IMG/VR virus record: IMGVR_UViG_3300049893_000773
Span: 1 to 64,000 of that record
Source: a virus
Length of the DNA stretch: 64,000 bases
Reading direction: 5' to 3' (one strand)
In this document: in pieces, positions 26,867 through 35,597 of the stretch
Numbering within the stretch: position 1 is the stretch's first letter
How the letters are laid out: the number at the start of each line of letters is the position of its first letter
Notes under the pieces: model-generated
What the model was told of the DNA's origin: nothing
The model's database searches: none
The model's input: only the letters and a program-made list of their open reading frames with translations
Made by a program: the position numbers and the translations under genes

Positions 26867-27479
26867 GCTGCTTTTGCAAGAATTTGCCCAGTTCGACTAC
26901 AAGAAACCAACCGACGAGGAAGGCAAGCCACGTCTTTCCAAGTACGGGAACATCCTTGTAAAGGGAGTCATTCAGCGTGCTGACGCCCTTAACCAGAATG
27001 GTAGGGTCTATCCAAGGCACATCCTTGAGAGGGAAGTTCGCAACTACATGACCCTGGTCAAGGAACGCAGGGCTACCGGAGAGCTCGACCACGCAGATTC
27101 TCCAACCGTCAACCTCCAGAACGCTTCCCACATTATCACGGATATTTGGTGGGAAGGCAATGACCTCTGGGGTGAGATCGAGGTTCTTGAGGACCTTGAT
27201 CAAGGAAGGAACCTCAAAGGACTCCTGAAGAACGATGTGAAGGTTGGAATCTCCTCCCGTGCTCTTGGAAGCGTGCAGAGGCTTGGGGAAACCAATGTGG
27301 TTCAAGAGGACCTTTACCTTGTGTGCTGGGACATTGTTTCCGAGCCGTCCACCCACGGTGCATTCATGATGCAAGAAGCCAAGAGCTATTCCGACGAGGA
27401 AGTGCGTCGAATCATGAGCAAATCTGACCGTATTGACCGTGCCGCTAATGAAGTCCTGGCCCTGAAAGGAAGGCGCTGA
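26859..27479 (+). CDS. Prohead protease (T4 gp21-like)
   Basis: NQNGRVYP, GELDH, GISSRALGS, WDIVSEPSTHGAF. Confidence 0.92.
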   Translation: MSKLLLQEFAQFDYKKPTDEEGKPRLSKYGNILVKGVIQRADALNQNGRVYPRHILEREVRNYMTLVKERRATGELDHADSPTVNLQNASHIITDIWWEGNDLWGEIEVLEDLDQGRNLKGLLKNDVKVGISSRALGSVQRLGETNVVQEDLYLVCWDIVSEPSTHGAFMMQEAKSYSDEEVRRIMSKSDRIDRAANEVLALKGRR

Positions 27480-27898
27480 TGAAATTGACTCGTTCTGCGT
27501 TGAAATCAATCATTAAAGAATGTCTCCTTGAGTTGGCCGAAGAGGGTAAGTTGCAAATTGAGGGTATTAGCTCCCCAAATTTGAACGAAATCAAGAATCC
27601 GCAAGCAGGCAACTCCGACAATCTTGGAAATCCTCGCTTGCAGCAAGCAATTGACATGACGACAAGGCTGCTCGCCAAGGGTGATCCCGGCAAAGCTGCC
27701 ATGTACGAGTCCATCATTGCAGATACCGCTCGTACAACGCTTCAAAAGCAACTTGCGGCTACATCTTCTGGGGCTGGCACCTTGGTTGAGAGTGCCGTCT
27801 CCCCTGAAGAGCGTCAATATGACCAAGCACAACTTGGACAATTCGAGGCAAAGGACCGCTGGTCTATCCTGGCTTTTGCCAAGAAGCCGAAAAGCTAG
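27479..27898 (+). CDS. Hypothetical head-module protein with N-terminal helix tag
   Basis: MKLTRSALKSIIKECLLELAEE. Confidence 0.6.
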   Translation: MKLTRSALKSIIKECLLELAEEGKLQIEGISSPNLNEIKNPQAGNSDNLGNPRLQQAIDMTTRLLAKGDPGKAAMYESIIADTARTTLQKQLAATSSGAGTLVESAVSPEERQYDQAQLGQFEAKDRWSILAFAKKPKS

Positions 27899-27932
27899 TA
27901 ACGAGATAATTAGCTCCAAAGGGTAAGTCAAA

Positions 27933-28427
27933 ATGCCATCCCACCGTCAACTCATTACCGTCCCACAACCAAAAGCTGGTGGAGCCTCCACTGGACTCGG
28001 GACTTTTGCGCCAGGAAGTGCCGATTACGCTTCCCTCCGTTCGTCTTTCCCAGGCTCTCCAGCTTACGACGGCACCTATGCCGATGATGCGGTGGTGGCT
28101 AAGTACGAGGAAGTCAACACGTCTCCATTGAACGACGGTGGTCACACCTTTGGTTTGGTCAAGACCGACTTCTCGGATGCACCTGACCTTTCCACGGTCG
28201 CAACTGGTGGTGGTGGACTTCCTGGAACTCCATACGGTCCAAACCCATCGTCTCCTGGGCCAGGATTGAACCCAACGAACATCCCAGATCGTGATAGGGC
28301 ATCCATCCGTACGGGTGGTGGCGGTTACGGTATCGGTGATGGTCTCGCTTCCCCATCGGCAACGAGGGTAAACATCGCCCGCCAAAGAATCGGGAATCTG
28401 ATTTTTGGCAAATCCACGCCTCGTTGA
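27933..28427 (+). CDS. Gly/Pro-rich putative virion protein
   Basis: TAATTA at 27907-12 upstream; GGGGLPGTPYGPNPSSPG. Confidence 0.6.
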   Translation: MPSHRQLITVPQPKAGGASTGLGTFAPGSADYASLRSSFPGSPAYDGTYADDAVVAKYEEVNTSPLNDGGHTFGLVKTDFSDAPDLSTVATGGGGLPGTPYGPNPSSPGPGLNPTNIPDRDRASIRTGGGGYGIGDGLASPSATRVNIARQRIGNLIFGKSTPR

Positions 28428-28451
28428 TTCTACCTACTCTGAGAGGTCCTA

Positions 28452-30530
28452 ATGTCGTCAATTTTCGAAGAAGCGTTGCTTGAGGCAAAGAAACTGCGTC
28501 AAGTAGCTGAAGAGGATGCAAAAAACACCCTCATTCAAGAAATGACCCCTGTGATCCGCAAGATGATCACGAACCAGCTTGCAGGCAAGTCCAGCGTTCT
28601 CTTCGAAGAGGAATTGCCTGCTGACCCAACAGCGTCCCCAGAAGCCCCTGTAGAGCCAGCAATGGACCCTGCGGGCTCTGCCATGCCTGCGGCTGCACCT
28701 GTTCCTGTTGAGCCGCCTGCGAGCGGTGCTGCTGACGCACCTATTAAGGTGTCGGGCGCAGAAGTCATGAACATGCCAATGCCTGGACCAGATGGCAAGC
28801 TGGTAATTGACTTGGACGATCTTTTCGTTCCGGCAGAGCCAGGAGCGGAGACGCCTGATGAGGGTTCTGCTTCTGCCGAAGCTCCTCCAGCAATGCCCGG
28901 TGGGATGCCATCGCCAACTCCAGTGGATGTGAACCCAAGTGGTTCGGCACCAGAAGAAGCACCAGCCCCAGAGGCTCCGGCTGCCCCTGTGGAGCCGGTT
29001 GCCACGGCAGGAGCCGAAGAGGTTCCGCCTCCCCCAGAGGAGCCAGCAATGGAGGAAACCTACGAGCTTTTTGCCGAGGAGCTAAAGACCACGGCTGATC
29101 GCATTCACCAAGCCTATTCCTCCAAGGTTGGAGTTCCATCCCTTGTGAAGGAAGCTCTTCAGGAAAAACTCTATCAGCTTCTTGAATCCCTGGAATCGTT
29201 GAGCCGCAGAAACATGGTTTCTGAGCGTCTCACCCAAATCCAAGAGAGCCGTTTGGAGATTTTGCACCGCAAACTGAAAGAAGCAGTTGTCGCTAATACT
29301 TATCACAGAACAGAAGAAGGAACCGGAACTGACATGGCAAGCAAGTCGCTCAAGGAAATGGCTGCAAAGATGCTCGCAGAGAGCGCTTCGGTTGAGGGTG
29401 GTCCCGTCAAGTCTCCCGCTGATGTCCACAAGACAGAGGTGACGATGAAGGTTGACAACTCGCAGGAACAGGCTGCTGACAAGGCAGGAGCCCACGCTAT
29501 GAAGGTTACGGAGCCTACTGTGACCCTCAAGACGGAATCGGCTGAAGCACAGGCTCAGGCTGCTCTTGCTGAGGAGCTTGCCGCTCTTGTTGCCGAGGGT
29601 TCTGGCGAGTCGCTTGCAGCCAAGGATGGGGAGCAGGATCTTGCTGGTGCTGCTTCGTCGATTCCTGACAAGAAGGTTGGTCAAGTGGACCCAACGAAGA
29701 GCACGGCTGCAAGCAAGACCAATCCAGCTTCGCACGTTCAGGGTGTTGCAGAGTCGGTTGCTGTTTCGAGCAAGGCTCTTGCAGAGCAGACCAAGAAGAT
29801 CAAGGCAGAAGCCTTGAAGAAGCAGATTGCCGCCCTTCAGGAGCAACTGAAGGAATGCGGGATGCCAATGGAGGGCGATGCCCTTCCTGCGCCAGGAGCC
29901 CCAGCAATGGGTGTGATGGGCGAGGAAGATACGGTCATCAACTTCAACTTCGACCTCGCTGATCTTCTGCCAGGACTTTCGGATCTTGGCGATGAAGACG
30001 AGATTGACATTGTGGGCGACGAGCCATCTGACGAGCCAAGCACCTTGGGCCCTGTGGGCGGTGCTGAACCAGAGGGTGACGACGCTGACGACCTTGAGCT
30101 TGCCGATGAGGACGAGCCAGAGGTTTCGCAACTTGCAGAGGGCAGGAAGTCCGGCAAGGGTGCGGGCAAGATTGTAGCGGAGAACAAGGATCTCCGTTCG
30201 CAACTTGCAACCGAGAAGCTGTTCAACGCAAAGATGGTTCATTTCCAGCCTTTCGTTAACAATCCAAATCTGACCAAGCAACAGAAGCACAAAATTGCGG
30301 AGCACCTGGACAGAGGAACATCGCTTGAAGAAGTGAAGGCAATCTACAACCGCGTGAAGGTTGTGGTGGAGAACATGCAGAAGGTCTCTTCGAAGGCAGG
30401 AAGCTCTTCGAAGCCGGGTGTGACCCCTGCATCGACTCTCAGCGAGTCTGCCAACCCATACGAGGGATCGACCCTGGTGGAAGCAGAAAAGAATCGTTTG
30501 ATGCAACTTGCTGGAATCAAGCGCAAGTGA
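28452..30530 (+). CDS. Prohead scaffold/core protein
   Basis: Located between protease and MCP; acidic, Pro-rich, coiled-coil; C-terminal RLMQLAGIK. Confidence 0.75.
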   Translation: MSSIFEEALLEAKKLRQVAEEDAKNTLIQEMTPVIRKMITNQLAGKSSVLFEEELPADPTASPEAPVEPAMDPAGSAMPAAAPVPVEPPASGAADAPIKVSGAEVMNMPMPGPDGKLVIDLDDLFVPAEPGAETPDEGSASAEAPPAMPGGMPSPTPVDVNPSGSAPEEAPAPEAPAAPVEPVATAGAEEVPPPPEEPAMEETYELFAEELKTTADRIHQAYSSKVGVPSLVKEALQEKLYQLLESLESLSRRNMVSERLTQIQESRLEILHRKLKEAVVANTYHRTEEGTGTDMASKSLKEMAAKMLAESASVEGGPVKSPADVHKTEVTMKVDNSQEQAADKAGAHAMKVTEPTVTLKTESAEAQAQAALAEELAALVAEGSGESLAAKDGEQDLAGAASSIPDKKVGQVDPTKSTAASKTNPASHVQGVAESVAVSSKALAEQTKKIKAEALKKQIAALQEQLKECGMPMEGDALPAPGAPAMGVMGEEDTVINFNFDLADLLPGLSDLGDEDEIDIVGDEPSDEPSTLGPVGGAEPEGDDADDLELADEDEPEVSQLAEGRKSGKGAGKIVAENKDLRSQLATEKLFNAKMVHFQPFVNNPNLTKQQKHKIAEHLDRGTSLEEVKAIYNRVKVVVENMQKVSSKAGSSSKPGVTPASTLSESANPYEGSTLVEAEKNRLMQLAGIKRK

Positions 30531-30565
30531 CTCTACTTAGCAAAAAAGGAATATCGGAGTAAACG

Positions 30566-32479
30566 ATGAAAACTTTCTCTCTTTCGCAATTGGCAGAAGG
30601 CGTAAACCGCCGCTCGCTTGGTGCTGATGCGCCAAGGCTTCTGTCCAAGTGGTCTGCAACCGGACTTCTTGAGGGACTTGGTGGTATGCAGAAGGAGACG
30701 CTCTCGCGCCTTCTGGAGAACCAAGTGGCCCAGCTCATTCAGGAGTCCAACGCCATCTCGACGGGTGGTGCATCTCTGACCTCCTCGGGTCAGATTGCAG
30801 GCTTCTCGAACGTTGCCTTCCCTATCGTTCGTAGGGTCTTCGCTGGCCTCGTTGCCAACGAAGTGGTTTCGGTTCAGCCAATGAGCCTTCCTTCGGGACT
30901 GCTCTTCTACTTGGATTACACCTACGGCTCGAACGTTGGTGGTGATGCAGGTCTGAGCCTCTCGACCTCGGCAACGGCTGACACCTACAAGAGGGCAACC
31001 TCGGTGTACGGTCTTCCAACTGGAGCCTCGATCCGTTCGGGTGCAACTCCTGCTGGTGGCCAGTACGACCTCGTGGGTCACGGCTTCTCCAAGGTTCACA
31101 AGGGTGCTCTGAACATCACTGGCTCTACGGACTCGGTGGGTTACTGGCTCTCGGGCTCGACCTGGACAACGGGCACCTCGGCTGTCGTGGCAGCTTCGGC
31201 TGACTGGACCGGCTACAACGCCCGCTACGCTGGGTTCCGCCAGGACATCCAGAATGGTCTTGACAACGGCGACTTCGACTACTGCTTCATGTTCATCTCG
31301 GCCTCCGAGTTGGCAGGCAAGATTTCGGGTCTCGATCTGAACGCTCTTGACCAAATCTCGATCACTGGTTTCGGTTCGGCAGCAAACTCTGTGACCGCTT
31401 GGGGCGACAGCTTCCAGGGTGGTCTTGGAGTCCTGAACCTCCGCGCTCTGAACAAGCGTGGTGACTGGAACGCAGCCGCAGGTACCTTCACCCCAAACCC
31501 ACTCGGCGGAAGCCACGTGTTGTTTGTGCTGAAGATCGCCAACGCAGGCACGGCTCCACAGCCAACCGGCGTGGCTTCGACCTACATCTCTGGCTCGGCA
31601 GCAATTGCAGACGCTCTTTCGGTTGGTTCGGAGGGCACGACCCTTACGGTCCCATCGTTCGAAACGGACTTCGCAGTTGACTCCTCGCCAAGGATTCCAG
31701 AGGTTGACATCAAGATCGAGGGTGTCTCGGTCACTGCAACGACCCGCAAGCTCCGTGCTCGTTGGTCGCCAGAGATGGCACAGGACCTTACGGCCTTCTA
31801 CTCCATCGACGTGGAAGTGGAACTCACAAATATCCTGTCCGAGATGATCACGCTCGACATCGACCGCGAAATCTTGAACGATCTCCTCACACAGGCCACA
31901 GCAGCAAACCTGTTCTGGTCGCGTGCTCCAGGACGCATCGTCAACAAGACCACTGGTCAGGAAGCTCTCCACAACAACGTCTTGGCCCCAGGCCCACAGT
32001 TCTTCGGAAATGTGCGTGAGTGGTACGAGACGCTCATGGAGACGATCACGGATGCAGCCAACACGATTCACAGGAAGACCCTCCGTGGTTCGGGTAACTT
32101 CATCGTCACGTCGCCAGACGTGGCAACGATCTTCGAGCACCTTGTGGCCTACAAGCCAGCATACAAGGTTGACTCCGATGGTCAGGTGAAGGAGTCGATG
32201 ACGATTGGCGCAGAGGCAATCGGCACGCTCAACAACCGCTACGTGGTCTACAAGGACCCTTACTTCCCACAGAACAAGATTCTGATTGGTTTGAAGGGCA
32301 ACACCTTCCTGGAGTCGGGATACATCTACGCTCCATACGTTCCACTCATCTTGACTCCTGTGATCTACGCACAGGAGGACTTCACTCCTCGCAAGGGTGT
32401 GATGACCCGCTACGGTAAGAAGATGGTCCGTGCTGACTTCTACGCCACTGTGACCGTGCTCGACATGGCCCTCATCTGA
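30566..32479 (+). CDS. Major capsid protein (T4 gp23-like) with a large Ser/Thr/Gly-rich insertion
   Basis: LLENQ, FPIVRRVF, VSVQPMSLPSGLLFYLD, RKLRARWSPEMAQDL, IDREI, YAPYVP, PRKGVMTRYG. Confidence 0.95.
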   Translation: MKTFSLSQLAEGVNRRSLGADAPRLLSKWSATGLLEGLGGMQKETLSRLLENQVAQLIQESNAISTGGASLTSSGQIAGFSNVAFPIVRRVFAGLVANEVVSVQPMSLPSGLLFYLDYTYGSNVGGDAGLSLSTSATADTYKRATSVYGLPTGASIRSGATPAGGQYDLVGHGFSKVHKGALNITGSTDSVGYWLSGSTWTTGTSAVVAASADWTGYNARYAGFRQDIQNGLDNGDFDYCFMFISASELAGKISGLDLNALDQISITGFGSAANSVTAWGDSFQGGLGVLNLRALNKRGDWNAAAGTFTPNPLGGSHVLFVLKIANAGTAPQPTGVASTYISGSAAIADALSVGSEGTTLTVPSFETDFAVDSSPRIPEVDIKIEGVSVTATTRKLRARWSPEMAQDLTAFYSIDVEVELTNILSEMITLDIDREILNDLLTQATAANLFWSRAPGRIVNKTTGQEALHNNVLAPGPQFFGNVREWYETLMETITDAANTIHRKTLRGSGNFIVTSPDVATIFEHLVAYKPAYKVDSDGQVKESMTIGAEAIGTLNNRYVVYKDPYFPQNKILIGLKGNTFLESGYIYAPYVPLILTPVIYAQEDFTPRKGVMTRYGKKMVRADFYATVTVLDMALI

Positions 32480-32514
32480 TCCTTCGGGATCTTAGCTCCC
32501 GGTAGAGGGAGCGT

Positions 32515-32556
32515 CAAGGCCCTCGGTGCTTTTCGCATCGGGGGCTTTGTTCATTT
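32515..32556 (+). terminator. Rho-independent terminator after MCP
   Basis: Stem AAGGCCCTCGGTGC/GCATCGGGGGCTTT followed by T-rich sequence; two smaller hairpins precede it (32478-91, 32495-512). Confidence 0.7.
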
Positions 32557-32591
32557 GGGGATTATGGATTTAACCTCTTCCAGAGGTAAAC

Positions 32592-33392
32592 ATGGAAAAG
32601 AGAGTTAAAGGCCCAGACGGAAGAGAATATTGCACCACTGCTTGTTGTGGAGGCCCACCAGCCAAGCAGCCCGACCCAGAGGGGACAACGCTCACCGTCC
32701 CCTCTGAATCGCTCGAAGATAAGCTTCCGCCTTTGTTGGATATTCAGCTCTTGAAAGCAAAGATGTTGACCCCTGGCATCTTTGGGAGAAAAGATGCGTC
32801 CACAGTAGCGCCTATGCAGCGTTCGTTTTTCTGGTCAAGGAGACCGGGGAACTACGTGGATAGACTTACGGGACAGTCTGCCATGAAGAAGGTGGTCCAA
32901 CGGGTAACCGTTTCCGAGATGGAAGTCCCAGGGTCTAATCCAAAGACCTTCGTCTTGGTCCAGCGAGAGGAGGAACGAGAGGTTCCAATCGACTCCTTTG
33001 AGGGAACAGTCAAGGATTGGTATGAGAAGCTGGGGGAGGAAGTCCTTCAGTGTGCCAACGAAATTTTCCGCAAGTGCTTGGTGCCTGCCAATCTTGTTGA
33101 GATGTCCCCGGATCTCGTGAATCTATTCGAGGCCATTGGATTCGATCCCGGCAAATGGAGGCAGGTCGGTGCAAATGAGTTGCTTGCAACCAATAAGCTT
33201 TTTGGCAGGTATGCCGTTGTACGGTGTAACAACCTACCGGCAAACGAGTTGCACGTCAAGCTGATCTCGGAGATTTTCTACACTTTCGGCAATTTGACCG
33301 GCCCTGTCCCGGAAATCGACATGGAATTGCTCACCAAACCCGCGACGTTGGCTGATTACAAGGTCACTGTGTTGGACATGCCTCTCCTGTAG
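32592..33392 (+). CDS. Truncated major-capsid-protein paralog 1
   Basis: EGTTLTVPS, FWSRRPG..V...TGQ, FEGTVKDWYE, SPDL and VTVLDM all match the adjacent MCP. Confidence 0.75.
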   Translation: MEKRVKGPDGREYCTTACCGGPPAKQPDPEGTTLTVPSESLEDKLPPLLDIQLLKAKMLTPGIFGRKDASTVAPMQRSFFWSRRPGNYVDRLTGQSAMKKVVQRVTVSEMEVPGSNPKTFVLVQREEEREVPIDSFEGTVKDWYEKLGEEVLQCANEIFRKCLVPANLVEMSPDLVNLFEAIGFDPGKWRQVGANELLATNKLFGRYAVVRCNNLPANELHVKLISEIFYTFGNLTGPVPEIDMELLTKPATLADYKVTVLDMPLL

Positions 33393-33424
33393 AGTCATTC
33401 TTTCCTCAACAGAGGAAAGAATCA

Positions 33425-34078
33425 ATGACAATGACAGAGACGGTGAATACCCCATACAGGACAGCTTCCGCGCTGCCCAACAACCAACAAACGGAGACCA
33501 ATAAGCGGTTTTGGTCCCGTACCCCCGGCAGGTTCGTCAACAAGTGGACCGGGCAGGATAGCATGGCAAACGCTGGACTGAGCAACGGTCCAATGTACGT
33601 TGGAAATGTCCGTGAGTGGTACGAGACGTTTGTGGAAACGATTCACGATGCTGCTGCGGTTATCAAGAAGCGTTCTGGCCAGGACCCCAACATCCTTGAG
33701 GTCTCCCCCGACATCTTGACCATTCTTGAGTGCACCGTGTCGTATAGATCAGTCTATTACGCAAATGAGGACCAGCCAAGGGTCACCATGAAGGGTGCAA
33801 TTGGAGGGCTTGTTGGGCAAGTGGCTGGCAGGTACCATGTGCACGTCAACCCCGACTTCCCTGCGGATACAGCGAAGCTCGTGCTCGTGACCGACCAGAG
33901 AGTTTTGACGGAGACCGTGAAGGCACAGCCGCTTCAGGCCATGATTGATGGGAAGCCGGTGCCAAGCTACGTGGAAGATGAGTGGACCACAACTCAGGTT
34001 CGCAAGACTGAACCGCTTCCTTCCATCACCCGCCTTGATGGTATGACGATCAAGGTTCTCGACATGAATATTCTGTGA
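33425..34078 (+). CDS. Truncated major-capsid-protein paralog 2
   Basis: FWSRTPGRFVNKWTGQ, GNVREWYETFVETIHDAA, SPDI, GRYHV...PDFP and IKVLDM match the MCP C-terminal half. Confidence 0.8.
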   Translation: MTMTETVNTPYRTASALPNNQQTETNKRFWSRTPGRFVNKWTGQDSMANAGLSNGPMYVGNVREWYETFVETIHDAAAVIKKRSGQDPNILEVSPDILTILECTVSYRSVYYANEDQPRVTMKGAIGGLVGQVAGRYHVHVNPDFPADTAKLVLVTDQRVLTETVKAQPLQAMIDGKPVPSYVEDEWTTTQVRKTEPLPSITRLDGMTIKVLDMNIL

Positions 34079-34115
34079 AACGGAGTTAAGTCGTAAATCG
34101 CTCGTATTTACGGCT

Positions 34116-35183
34116 ATGGACCTTCGTTTCCGAGAAGAATGCTACGGCCACAGTGGTGGTCAAACCGATTGCTCTCTATACGCCCTTCTAGGCGACGAAG
34201 TGATCGGGAAGGTAGATATCGCCTACCACCGAAATGGTGGCCGTAGAGAGGCGTATATCAAGATGATCGAAGTGCAGCCTAATTTCCAGGGGAAAGGGGT
34301 TGGCAAGGCTTTGATCTATAAGTTGGCCAGTCAAATCCCTTACGAGGCGATTGATTGGGGGATGACCACGCCTGAAGGTGGGGCATTGAAGCAGGCAATG
34401 GACCGGGAGTTTGGAACATCCTACGTTCCACCTGAGCCCGAGCCAGACATGGATGACCCCAAGTACGCTGACGACCTCAGTGGCGAAAGGTATTTTGCCG
34501 ACCTAAAGGTTTGGCGGCAAAAGCAAGGGTACGTGGATGAGGCTAATTACCACGGAAAGGGAATGGAAAGAATGAAAGTCAAGGACCTCAAGAAGCTGGT
34601 TGCCGAGAGTGTAGCCGCTGCTGTGAAAGAAGCCGGATATGACCAGTACGGGGAGGGTGTGTCGCAACCTACGGAGCCAAGCTGGTTCGACACGCTGATG
34701 GCCCCTGATGAGCCTGCACCTGAACTCAAGGGCACGCCAGAAGCCAGGAAGCTGGTTGATGCGGCCAAATTGATGTTGAAGAAGGCTGGTCCAAAGATTG
34801 ACAAGGAAGTCATGAGCCAAGTCTCTGCTGAGTTGGAGCACAACTTCAACCTCCCAGACGGGGTAAGCTGGGAAGTGGTCCATGCTGCCTTTGAGGAGCT
34901 CAAGAGTGACATGCTTTCCGAGGCTCCACCAGAGGGATGGCACGGGACTGTGCGGGCCATGAAGACCCATGGACACACTGGCAAGGGTGGGGAGATCGAC
35001 AACCCATACGCCTTGGCACACTACATGGCAAACAAGGGGGATGAGCCTCACTACAAGGAGCAGCCAACCTCCAAGAAGGGTACTCCTGTGAAGAAGAAGG
35101 AGTACATGAAGACGGAAGCCTTCGTTGATTTGGTCCGTCAGATGATCCGCGAGGAGATCCTGAATCTCCGCAAGGGGAAGTGA
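34116..35183 (+). CDS. GNAT-like acetyltransferase domain fused to a helix-tagged domain
   Basis: IEVQPNFQGKGVGKALI acetyl-CoA motif A; internal MKVKDLKKLVAESV; IDNPYALAHYM. Confidence 0.65.
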   Translation: MDLRFREECYGHSGGQTDCSLYALLGDEVIGKVDIAYHRNGGRREAYIKMIEVQPNFQGKGVGKALIYKLASQIPYEAIDWGMTTPEGGALKQAMDREFGTSYVPPEPEPDMDDPKYADDLSGERYFADLKVWRQKQGYVDEANYHGKGMERMKVKDLKKLVAESVAAAVKEAGYDQYGEGVSQPTEPSWFDTLMAPDEPAPELKGTPEARKLVDAAKLMLKKAGPKIDKEVMSQVSAELEHNFNLPDGVSWEVVHAAFEELKSDMLSEAPPEGWHGTVRAMKTHGHTGKGGEIDNPYALAHYMANKGDEPHYKEQPTSKKGTPVKKKEYMKTEAFVDLVRQMIREEILNLRKGK

Positions 35184-35185
35184 CC

Positions 35186-35560
35186 ATGGCAAAGCAGATC
35201 ATGAGCATTGAAGCGTTCGAGCAGTTGGTGCGGGAGTACATTCAGGAAGCTGTACGAGAGGAGATGCTCAAGGATCTTGCCAGGGTGCAGGAAGGTACTG
35301 CTGGAACACTCTCCACGACCTCTTCTACCTCGACCACTGGGACTTCTGGGACAACTGCGACGACTGGTACCAAGTCGAGCATTGGTTCCAATCCTGGCAA
35401 TGCCGACCCGGCAAACAACGTAATGGTCCCAGGGACAAACATGAACATCAATCAAGGTCTTCAGGCTGCTGCGAAGGAAACCAACTTCAAGAAGAAGGCC
35501 GAACTTGTAAACAAGATGTCCACCCAAATTCAGGGAATGAAGGGCCTCGTTATCAAATAA
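35186..35560 (+). CDS. Hypothetical protein with helix tag and Thr/Ser-rich linker
   Basis: EQLVREYIQEAVREE; TTSSTSTTGTSGTT. Confidence 0.55.
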   Translation: MAKQIMSIEAFEQLVREYIQEAVREEMLKDLARVQEGTAGTLSTTSSTSTTGTSGTTATTGTKSSIGSNPGNADPANNVMVPGTNMNINQGLQAAAKETNFKKKAELVNKMSTQIQGMKGLVIK

Positions 35561-35597
35561 TGTGACGTTTGCCAGCCCTACTTAACGGGTAGATCCC

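Noticed and set aside
35295-35375. Thr/Ser/Gly repeat-like tract
   Set aside because: It is a low-complexity protein linker without an exact nucleotide repeat unit.
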